From the NCBI GenBank assembly GCA_934162425.1, contig CAKPIS010000002.1:62336-94335 (forward strand): 32,000 nucleotides of DNA, in the 5' to 3' direction. The notes beneath the pieces are model-generated. The model was not told where the DNA came from. It did no database searches and was given only the letters and a program-made list of their open reading frames with translations. Made by a program: the position numbers and the translations under genes. Below are positions 1 through 7,548 of this stretch, piece by piece (the first letter of the stretch is position 1; the number at the start of each line of letters is the position of its first letter). The DNA is from an uncultured Bacilli bacterium. Lineage in GTDB: Bacteria > Bacillota_I > Bacilli_A > RF39 > UBA660.

Positions 1-370
1 CAGCTGGAGATACATCATCACTATTATTTGAACTAACACTTTCTGTTTGTCCTGACTTAGAACTTAAGAATTGAACACGGTCTGCAACAACTTCTGTTAC
101 ATAAACACGCTTACCATCCTTATCATCATAATTTCTAGTTTGAATTCTACCATCAACAGCAACTAAAGAACCTTTAGTTACATATTTTTTAATATTTTCA
201 GCTTGCTTTTGAAAAGCTACTATATTAATAAAATCTGTTTCTCTTTGACCATTTGCATTAGTATACTGTCTATCTATAGCTATAGAAAAATTAACTATAG
301 GAGCATTACTAGATGAATATCTAAGTTCAGGATCTCTTGTTAATCTACCAATTAAAAATGCTTTATTCAT
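1..370 (-). CDS. ssb: single-stranded DNA-binding protein SSB (C-terminus runs off the window edge)
   Basis: My translation from ATG at 370..368 gives MNKAFLIGRLTRDPELRYSSSNAPIVNFSIAIDRQYTNANGQRETDFINIVAFQKQAENIKKYVTKGSLVAVDGRIQTRNYDDKDGKRVYVTEVVADRVQF..., a canonical OB-fold SSB N-domain. A GAGGT SD lies just upstream. The gene sits directly downstream of rpsF, as in the conserved rpsF-ssb-rpsR operon. It is absent from the ORF track because it is truncated. Confidence 0.9.
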   Translation of the reverse strand, partial: MNKAFLIGRLTRDPELRYSSSNAPIVNFSIAIDRQYTNANGQRETDFINIVAFQKQAENIKKYVTKGSLVAVDGRIQTRNYDDKDGKRVYVTEVVADRVQFLSSKSGQTESVSSNNSDDVSPA

Positions 371-387
371 TTTATTACCTCACTTTA

Positions 388-672
388 CTAATCTTCTTTT
401 ACGATTAAATGACGAATAACATCTTCACTAATTAATGCTAAACGATCAAATTCATTAATTGCTTTAGCATCATTAGCTTCTAAATTAATTAAGAAGTAAA
501 AACCAGTTTTAAAACCACTTACTTCATATGCCAATTCTTTTTGACCTAAGTCTTTTGAAGATGTAACTTTAGCTCCGTTATCACTTAAAACTTTTTCAAA
601 GTTTTTAGCAACTTCTTTAACTTTATCTTCTTCAAGATTTGGTCTTACTATGAACATAATTTCGTATTTCAT
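388..672 (-). CDS. rpsF: 30S ribosomal protein S6
   Basis: The 94-aa product MKYEIMFIVRPNLEEDKV...YEVSGFKTGFYFLINLEA... has the length and motifs typical of bS6. GGAGGA SD upstream. Followed by ssb. Confidence 0.95.
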   Translation of the reverse strand: MKYEIMFIVRPNLEEDKVKEVAKNFEKVLSDNGAKVTSSKDLGQKELAYEVSGFKTGFYFLINLEANDAKAINEFDRLALISEDVIRHLIVKED

Positions 673-751
673 TTTATCTTTCCTCCTCTTCCGGTCTAAT
701 CGGCCCTTAAATAATTAAGAGCAAGAGAGTAAATTTAAATTACTCGCAAGT

Positions 752-780
752 ATTATAGCAAAAAAGAAGGTCATTGTAAA
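752..780 (-). promoter_or_regulatory. sigma-A type promoter for rpsF-ssb (TTTACA-17-TGcTATAAT)
   Basis: On the minus strand the -35 TTTACA is at 780..775, followed by a 17-nt spacer and an extended -10 TGCTATAAT with TATAAT at 757..752. This leaves a 5' UTR of about 70 nt before the rpsF ATG. Confidence 0.6.
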
Positions 781-787
781 CCTTCTT
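760..787 (-). terminator. rho-independent terminator downstream of the 115-aa ORF, overlapping the rpsF promoter
   Basis: Minus strand reads AAGAAGGT-ttacaatg-ACCTTCTT followed by TTTTG: an 8-bp perfect stem, an 8-nt loop and a T-run. Confidence 0.7.
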
Positions 788-800
788 ATTAATTATATTC

Positions 801-1148
801 TTATTTTTTTCCTCTAAGTACTAAACCATTCATTTCTTCTATATATCTATCGGCATCTTTATATCTTATTCTTTTGTTTTTGTGAGAAACTTTTTCCAAA
901 ATTCTTTTACCAAGTATGTTACCTTTTCTAAAATTATTATCTACATTATCATATTTATGACCACTAGAAATGTCCTTATATTTACCATTTTTATTTTTAG
1001 CTAAAATATATATAGGTGGATTAAACTCTGTATAAGAATTATATGATGGTGATATATCATACTTAGATTCTACATCAAGCGATCTAACTAATTCTACTAC
1101 TTCTAAATTCTTAGTTGAAATACCAAAAATCCTATCTGTTATTAACAT
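801..1148 (-). CDS. hypothetical protein (115 aa, Lys/Asn-rich, no motif recognised)
   Basis: Intact ORF with its own candidate promoter (TTGTCA-16-TGgTATAAT at about 1166-1197), a GAAGG SD, and its own terminator at 760..787. Confidence 0.55.
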   Translation of the reverse strand: MLITDRIFGISTKNLEVVELVRSLDVESKYDISPSYNSYTEFNPPIYILAKNKNGKYKDISSGHKYDNVDNNFRKGNILGKRILEKVSHKNKRIRYKDADRYIEEMNGLVLRGKK

Positions 1149-1229
1149 TTTATTTGCCTTCTTTCTTAGTGAATTATATTATACCACTATAATTTAATAT
1201 GACAATAACCTTATTAATATACCTATTTC

Positions 1230-2327
1230 TTAATTATTAAATCTAAATAAACAAATATCTCCATCTTGCATTACGTATTCTTTACCTTCACTTCTAAGTT
1301 TTCCTGCCTCTTTAGCACCTTTTTCTCCACCATACTTTTTATAGTCATTAAAACTTATTACTTCTGCTCTAATAAATCCTTTTTCAAAATCACTATGTAT
1401 TATTCCTGCACAAGCTGGAGCTTTCATTCCATCAGAAAATGTCCATGCTCTAACTTCTTTAGGTCCAGCTGTAAAATAAGTCTTTAATCCAAGAAGACTA
1501 TATGATGCCTTAATAAGTTTATCTAAACCCGGTTCATCTATTCCAAGTTCATTTAAAAATGCTTTTTTCTCTTCATCTTCAAATCCGCTTAGTTCTTCTT
1601 CCATTTTTGCACATAAAACTATTACTTTAGAATTATCTTTTATAGCATATTCTTTTACACTTTTAACATAATCATTTTCTGTTAATACTTCATCTTCTTT
1701 TACATTAGCTACATATATTATAGGTTTCATAGTAAGAAGATTAAAGGCCTTTAACATTTTAAGTTCATCAGAAGTATATTCTAAATGTCTAGCTGGAATA
1801 TTATTTTCTAAAGCATCTTTTATTTTCTTTAGTAGTTCTACTTCCTTTAAAGATTCCTTATCTTTAGTTGATATTGCTTTTTTTTCTATCTTTAAAAGTC
1901 TATTAGTAATAACTTCTAGATCACAAAAGATAAATTCTACATCTATTATTTCTATGTCTCTTAATGGATTTGTTGTTCCCTCAACATGAGTTATATTTGT
2001 ATCATCAAAACATCTTACTACTTCTACTATTGCATCAACATTTCTTATGTGAGATAAAAATTTATTACCTAATCCTTCACCATGAGAAGCTCCTTTAACC
2101 AATCCTGCTATGTCAGTAAATTCAAATGTAGTTGGCACTAAACTTTTAGGCTCAATCAATTCGTTTAAATAATCTAATCTTTTATCTGGAACTATTACCA
2201 TACCAACATTAGGTTCTATTGTTGCAAAAGGATAATTAGCTGCCAAAATATTCTTTTTAGTTATTGCATTAAATAATGTAGATTTACCAACATTTGGTAA
2301 TCCTACTATACCAGCTGTTAAAGCCAT
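1230..2327 (-). CDS. ychF: redox-regulated ribosome-binding ATPase YchF (Obg-family GTPase fold)
   Basis: MALTAGIVGLPNVGKSTLFNA (P-loop), then DIAGLVKGAS and a C-terminal TGS/YchF domain ...FIRAEVISFNDY.... The track ORF begins at an upstream GTG (2336). The ATG at 2327 matches the conserved N-terminus, and GAGGGA lies about 10 nt upstream of it. Confidence 0.95.
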   Translation of the reverse strand: MALTAGIVGLPNVGKSTLFNAITKKNILAANYPFATIEPNVGMVIVPDKRLDYLNELIEPKSLVPTTFEFTDIAGLVKGASHGEGLGNKFLSHIRNVDAIVEVVRCFDDTNITHVEGTTNPLRDIEIIDVEFIFCDLEVITNRLLKIEKKAISTKDKESLKEVELLKKIKDALENNIPARHLEYTSDELKMLKAFNLLTMKPIIYVANVKEDEVLTENDYVKSVKEYAIKDNSKVIVLCAKMEEELSGFEDEEKKAFLNELGIDEPGLDKLIKASYSLLGLKTYFTAGPKEVRAWTFSDGMKAPACAGIIHSDFEKGFIRAEVISFNDYKKYGGEKGAKEAGKLRSEGKEYVMQDGDICLFRFNN

Positions 2328-2378
2328 ATAAATCACATCCCTCGTATAGGTATTATATCACAAAAAAAGAAAATAAAA

Positions 2379-3302
2379 TTAATTATTTCCTATTTTTGGC
2401 TTTCTTCTCTTTTTATATGCAATACCTTTATCCATATTCTTGAGTTCTCCTTCTTTTTGCGTTTTTTCTTCGATATTTAAGTCATCTTCTGATGCATCAT
2501 TTTCCAAAGAATTTGTATCTTGATCCATGTTATCTTGATTATCATACTTATAACCTTTAGAATCTACAGGTACTAATTCATACCTTTCTTTTTCTTTATT
2601 AAATTTTATTTTCTTAATTTCATCTTTTGTAGGTTCATTTTTAGTAGATATAATTACTATTTTTTCTTCTAAACAAACTCTTACTACTTTGCCTTCAAAT
2701 TTTTGTTTGTTATTATCAAGAACTTCTGTTAAGCCATCAAAGCTTTCTTTTTCTTTGTTAGATAATTTATCATATTCTGTATATTTTTTTTGTTCTTCAT
2801 AATTAACAAGCTTAGTTTCATTACACTTTTTTAACATTATATCTTCAAATATAGAAACAGCTCTTTTTATACCCTCTTCATCAGTTCCAATACTTTCATT
2901 TAATTCTTCAAAAATTTCTTTAGCAGTCTTAAATGGATCAGTTCTATTTTCTATAACTCTAACCCTATCATCTGGGAATGGATAATGTATTTTAATAAAA
3001 CTTTTTCCATCCTTTTCAAAATCAACTATATTTTCTAAAGATAAACTGGGGGTAGTATTTTCTACTTTCTTCTTTTCTTTATCAATTTTAGCGCCTTTTA
3101 GTTTTTCTTTTAAAAAACTTTTATTTATAGGAAATTTGGCTATTTCATCGTTTATATCTTCTATATTTCTTTTATCTTCATAGTAAAATAACTTAAGTAT
3201 TTCTGCATCAGACTTCGTTATATAACCATTACTAATTAATTTTTCTAAAGATTTATTTATTACATCTATATCATTTTTTTCTTTCAAGAAAAACACCTCC
3301 AT
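2379..3302 (-). CDS. hypothetical acidic/Lys-rich cytoplasmic protein (about 302-307 aa)
   Basis: Long intact ORF with no TM segment and no motif I recognise. The first codons read ATG-GAG-GTG-TTT-TTC-TTG, which is a perfect GGAGGTG SD followed 6 nt later by TTG at 3287. The real start is therefore probably TTG at 3287 (MKEKNDIDV...). Confidence 0.6.
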   Translation of the reverse strand: MEVFFLKEKNDIDVINKSLEKLISNGYITKSDAEILKLFYYEDKRNIEDINDEIAKFPINKSFLKEKLKGAKIDKEKKKVENTTPSLSLENIVDFEKDGKSFIKIHYPFPDDRVRVIENRTDPFKTAKEIFEELNESIGTDEEGIKRAVSIFEDIMLKKCNETKLVNYEEQKKYTEYDKLSNKEKESFDGLTEVLDNNKQKFEGKVVRVCLEEKIVIISTKNEPTKDEIKKIKFNKEKERYELVPVDSKGYKYDNQDNMDQDTNSLENDASEDDLNIEEKTQKEGELKNMDKGIAYKKRRKPKIGNN

Positions 3303-3373
3303 AAAAGTTATTACTTATATTATATATTATAATTAATAATTTATAAATGTTTAAAAAAACATCAGTAAAACAA

Positions 3374-3403
3374 ATGTAAAAGGAGAAATTATTTTTCTCC
3401 TTT
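3374..3403 (-). terminator. weak hairpin terminator overlapping the stop codon of the LRR gene
   Basis: Minus strand reads AAAGGAGAAA-aataa-TTTCTCCTTT then TAC: a 10-bp stem whose loop contains the TAA stop. The T-tract is short, so read-through into the 307-aa gene is plausible. Confidence 0.45.
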
Positions 3404-6400
3404 TTCTTTAAATTTGTCTTTTTTAAAAAGATATAATGCACTTACAAATATTATGTTAAATGAAACTAGCAATATAACTAATATCTTAACATTTAATCTT
3501 ATAGTTTTACCACTTTCTTTATTAGTAGTACTTATATTATTCTTATTTGTTATTACTTTAGTTGTACTTGATTTATTCTTTGTTGTTCTTATAAATATAT
3601 TTTTTCTTGATGTTACTTTTTTAGCAGTTGCTGTAGTTTTCTTATTTCCAAATAAACGGCTAAATATATTTCTCTTTTTCGTAGTTGTTGTATAAGAACT
3701 ATTTTGTGTTGTATTTTCTATATCTTCCACTTTTTTAGTAGTAGTTGTATTCTTTTTTGCATCATTTACTTTTATTTCTTTTACTACTTTATCTTTGTAC
3801 TTTATTACAAGTATATCGCCTTCAAGGGATATACTACCACTTGTTATACCAACAGAATCAAGTGAAAATATACCATCAAAATTTAAATCAATAGAACTTG
3901 TTGATAAATCAAAGTCATCAGATAAAACTTTAACTAAATCCCAAGAGTCTACTTTTTCTACCGGTTCATATGAGCAAGTTTCAACATATTTTCCATCAAC
4001 ATACTTGCTATCACACTCTTCACCCGTAAACCAAAGTTCTATCTTATTTTTATCTATTTTAAGAGCATTAGTTTCTAATAATTTATTAGTGTTATATGTT
4101 TTACCAAAATTTTTAAACTCTAAGTCACTATTAAAATCTTCAGTGCCAAGATATATATAATTATCAGACATATCATACTTTTTAGATGATATACTAGCAA
4201 GTGCAATCTCACCTTTTATATATTTAGAATCTCTATAATCTTCATCTTCATATCTAGAAGAATCATAATCTATAGTGTAGACATCAAGCCATTCCTCGAA
4301 ATAAGTATTGCCATCGTCATCTTCCTGTTCTTCTCTTACAAGAATAAGTTTTCCATTCATAACACTTATTTTGTCTTTATCTATGTTTTTAACATGAGTT
4401 ATAGATTTTACCATAGAATCTTTAAATTCTGAATCTTTTAAATATAAATTATCCCATATAAATTTATACTTATCTGGCAAATATATATTTACTACTTTAA
4501 TTTCTTCTATCAACTTATCATTATGTTTAATTTTAAGTAATCCAGTATCCGTTGCATATTCATAAGTAGAATTAATCTTACTTGTTATATATGCAGGATT
4601 AAACGTATCTACTCCTAAATATAATGATGAACTTGCAAACTCATATTCGTATCTAGACCTACTTTCTGATTCATCTTTTATATCATATGATAAATAATCC
4701 GTTTCCAATGCAATTATATCTAATGAATCAAGTTTTTGACCTGCTCCAGAATATATATCAAATTGATTACCATTTTTTCTAGCCTCACCATTGTTTACGT
4801 TTATACTTGGATAATTATTTTCATTTATTAAGCCAAGATATATACAATCATCTATTATTTTATAATTAGAAGATTGATTTAAAGAAACAGGATATATATA
4901 AGAATATGTATCATAACCATATGTAGGATCATCTTCTATAGTTATTCTCCAGCTATCATTATTTATTGTTAGACCTGTTGATAACTGTATTTTATTTAAA
5001 TCCAAACTGCCATCTTTTACATATATATAATATGCATTATCATTTTCTGAATAACCAGCATCTAAATCATAATAATCAGAAGAAATCTTAAGTAATCTTA
5101 TGCTTTCTAATACATTTTCTTTTTTATTATTATCATATATTACAAGGTTATCATTTTCTTCTTCTGCATAACAATTTAATAACAATAAGTCATTAGCTAA
5201 ATCAAATTGCTTAGTACCCATGTATATTTTATAACCGCCCGTTGAAGAATCATAGTATTTTTGTAATTTATCATTAATCACTCTATAACCTATTATATTA
5301 TATTCAGCTACTTTATCTCCATTATATTTAAGTATTAATTTATTATTTTCTATATTTTTTTCTATATTTACATCACTATTAATATTTATATTATTTAATA
5401 ATACATCTGTGTTAATACTTCCATCACTATTTAGTGCATCACTGTCTTTTACATTTATATATTTAGCATTATTATTAACATTATAATTACCGCTTATTTC
5501 TAGATTAGATACCCTAATGCTTTTAGTATCGATTGTAATATCACCCATTTTAATTAATAAATTTGAAGTCCCAGAAAGTTTTGCAGTTATCCAATCATCA
5601 TTTATATTAAATATATTTTCATTATCTAATGAGTAATTAAATTTCCAACCCTTAGGAGGCACTATATTAATATCAGAAGTATCTAACTTAAATTTATCCC
5701 CTACAAACAATAAGTCTTTTATATTAAAATCTGGAATCAAGGTATTAGGATGTGGCACGTTATCATATTCTCTATTTTCTATTTCTAAACTAACCAAATT
5801 TATATTGTTACTTAGATCAAGTTGACTAAGACCATTACCCCCCAATCCTAAATTTTTAAGATTTATATTATTACTCAAGTCTATATTAGAAACATTATTT
5901 GCATAATCAAATGTCCCATAACCTAATAATAAATTTTCTAATAATTTATTATTACTTAAATCTATATTTGTAAGCTTATTACCCGCTAAATTTAATGTTT
6001 TAATATTTTTATTTGCAGACAAATCAATATTTGTTAAATTACATGAATAACAATTAATCGTTTCTAATTTTGATAATTTTTTTAAATCTAAAGTTGATAA
6101 ATTATGATTAAACATAAAATTTATACTCAACAGGTTTGTCATTTTTTCTAGCCCATCTATTTTATTTATATTCTTACTGCTACAATCTAAACTAGTAATA
6201 CTTGCTAATTCTTCATCTGTTAAACCTTCAGTATAAGTTTTAGAAGTTCCATTTTTATTATTATATGTATCTACAACACAAGCATTAAAATTAGAATCTT
6301 CAAAAACATGAACATTACCAACAACAACATTTACTTTTTGTATATAATAAGAATAATTGTCTGTCAAGGAACTTCTAACTGTAAAATTAGTTTTTCCATT

Positions 6401-7417
6401 TGCTAATGCTGTTATTTTTCCATTTTCTATTTTTAATAATTTCTCATCATATTCACTATATTTTATTGAATCTTGATATTTTTCTGGAAGAATTATATTA
6501 CTTCTAACATCATACACATCACCAATATTCATTGAAATTTTTGATTCAAAAAAATTATTTTCTGTTAAAACAGCACCCTCCAAATTTATATTTTTGCTTA
6601 AATCTATACTTGTTAAATTGTTCCAGCCTACATCCAAATATGTCAAATTTATATTATTATATAAGTTTATATCTGTTAATTTATTTTCCGCTATGGATAA
6701 ATATGTTAAGTTTATATTATTACTTAAATCTATATTACTTATATTATTACGACTATGATTTATATATTTTCCTAATTCTAATCTTGTTAATTCAACGTTT
6801 TTACTTGTATCTATACTTGTTAACTGATTATTACTTAAATCTACAGTCATTAATAATGTGTTACTATTTATATCAATACTTGTCAACAAATTATCATACA
6901 AACTTAAATCTATTAAATTTATATTGTTACTTAAATCTATACTTGTTAATTGATTATTACTTAAATTTAAATTTGATAAGGCTGTATTGTTACTTAAATC
7001 TATGCTTGTTAACTGATTGGAATTTAAGTCTAATTGTGTTAATCCAGTTAATTTTCCAATTCCTTTCGCACTTGTTATCTTATCATCATTCGAATAATTA
7101 TATCCTTGGCATGTTAAATTAGTTATACTAGCTAACTCTTCATCTGTTAAATTATCAGTATATGCTTTTGATGCACCATTAGCATTATTATATGCATCTA
7201 CTACGCAACTATAAAAAGTATTATCTTCAAAATTACTATTTGCTGGAACACCATTATTTAATACATTTGCAAATAATCTATTAAAATATGTTGGATTATT
7301 TAAATTATACGTTGCAAATGTAAATATAAATGCTGCAAATACTCCAAATGTTATACCTATTACTTTCTTTTTATTATTTTTTATTTTATTTAATATACTC
7401 TTTAATTTATCTTTCAT
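3389..7417 (-). CDS. large internalin-like leucine-rich-repeat surface protein with a C-terminal transmembrane anchor (1342 aa)
   Basis: N-terminal hydrophobic signal or anchor (VIGITFGVFAAFIFTFATY). Two blocks of 22-residue LRRs (LTSIDLSNNxNL...), each preceded by a conserved cap and followed by a Big_2-like segment (ITALANGKTNFTV). Then about 600 aa of diverged repeats, a Thr/Lys-rich stalk, a terminal TM helix (ILVILLVSFNIIFVSALYLF) and a basic tail. No LPXTG motif. Confidence 0.85.
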   Translation of the reverse strand: MKDKLKSILNKIKNNKKKVIGITFGVFAAFIFTFATYNLNNPTYFNRLFANVLNNGVPANSNFEDNTFYSCVVDAYNNANGASKAYTDNLTDEELASITNLTCQGYNYSNDDKITSAKGIGKLTGLTQLDLNSNQLTSIDLSNNTALSNLNLSNNQLTSIDLSNNINLIDLSLYDNLLTSIDINSNTLLMTVDLSNNQLTSIDTSKNVELTRLELGKYINHSRNNISNIDLSNNINLTYLSIAENKLTDINLYNNINLTYLDVGWNNLTSIDLSKNINLEGAVLTENNFFESKISMNIGDVYDVRSNIILPEKYQDSIKYSEYDEKLLKIENGKITALANGKTNFTVRSSLTDNYSYYIQKVNVVVGNVHVFEDSNFNACVVDTYNNKNGTSKTYTEGLTDEELASITSLDCSSKNINKIDGLEKMTNLLSINFMFNHNLSTLDLKKLSKLETINCYSCNLTNIDLSANKNIKTLNLAGNKLTNIDLSNNKLLENLLLGYGTFDYANNVSNIDLSNNINLKNLGLGGNGLSQLDLSNNINLVSLEIENREYDNVPHPNTLIPDFNIKDLLFVGDKFKLDTSDINIVPPKGWKFNYSLDNENIFNINDDWITAKLSGTSNLLIKMGDITIDTKSIRVSNLEISGNYNVNNNAKYINVKDSDALNSDGSINTDVLLNNININSDVNIEKNIENNKLILKYNGDKVAEYNIIGYRVINDKLQKYYDSSTGGYKIYMGTKQFDLANDLLLLNCYAEEENDNLVIYDNNKKENVLESIRLLKISSDYYDLDAGYSENDNAYYIYVKDGSLDLNKIQLSTGLTINNDSWRITIEDDPTYGYDTYSYIYPVSLNQSSNYKIIDDCIYLGLINENNYPSINVNNGEARKNGNQFDIYSGAGQKLDSLDIIALETDYLSYDIKDESESRSRYEYEFASSSLYLGVDTFNPAYITSKINSTYEYATDTGLLKIKHNDKLIEEIKVVNIYLPDKYKFIWDNLYLKDSEFKDSMVKSITHVKNIDKDKISVMNGKLILVREEQEDDDGNTYFEEWLDVYTIDYDSSRYEDEDYRDSKYIKGEIALASISSKKYDMSDNYIYLGTEDFNSDLEFKNFGKTYNTNKLLETNALKIDKNKIELWFTGEECDSKYVDGKYVETCSYEPVEKVDSWDLVKVLSDDFDLSTSSIDLNFDGIFSLDSVGITSGSISLEGDILVIKYKDKVVKEIKVNDAKKNTTTTKKVEDIENTTQNSSYTTTTKKRNIFSRLFGNKKTTATAKKVTSRKNIFIRTTKNKSSTTKVITNKNNISTTNKESGKTIRLNVKILVILLVSFNIIFVSALYLFKKDKFKEKGEK
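5780..6304 (-). repeat. LRR module copy 2 (cap FEDSNFNACVVDTYNNKNGTSKTYTEGLTDEELASITSLDC plus LRRs), aa 372-546
   Basis: F372 = 6304..6302, verified. It has the same cap-LRR-Ig-like order as copy 1, indicating an internal duplication. Confidence 0.8.
6560..7231 (-). repeat. LRR module copy 1 (cap FEDNTFYSCVVDAYNNANGASKAYTDNLTDEELASITNLTC plus about 8 LRRs), aa 63-286
   Basis: Codon positions checked against the sequence (F63 = 7231..7229). The cap is paralogous to copy 2 at both protein and nucleotide level. Confidence 0.8.
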
Positions 7418-7521
7418 ACAGCATCTTACCTTTCGTATCTTAATCTAAATTAATAATATCATATTTTTATATTAATTATCAATTGTTATTTAATTTTATT
7501 GTGGAAAACTTTACGTTAAAT

Positions 7522-7548
7522 TAAAAAAGTACTACATGTGTAGTACTA
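7522..7548 (-). terminator. rho-independent terminator ending the parA...abgT operon
   Basis: Minus strand reads AGTACTACA-ca-TGTAGTACT followed by TTTTTTAATTT. The 9-bp palindromic stem includes the TAG stop of the AbgT gene. Confidence 0.7.

Noticed and set aside
6532-7122. A 196-aa plus-strand ORF with a strikingly periodic Tyr/Leu-rich translation (LYLLNCSS..., YYYLNLY...).
   Set aside because: It is the antisense mirror of the LRR repeats. The AT-rich repeat codons avoid stops on the opposite strand. There is no SD and it lies wholly inside a gene with clear homology, so the periodicity is explained by the sense-strand LRRs.
7500-7508. DnaA-box-like nonamers: TGTGGAAAA at 7500-7508, TTATCCACT at 18648-18656 and TTATCCAAC at about 15699-15707.
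   Set aside because: These are isolated single 7-8/9 matches, one of them inside the uvrA start region. There is no cluster and no adjacent AT-rich unwinding element beyond the general AT-richness, so they are not evidence for oriC.
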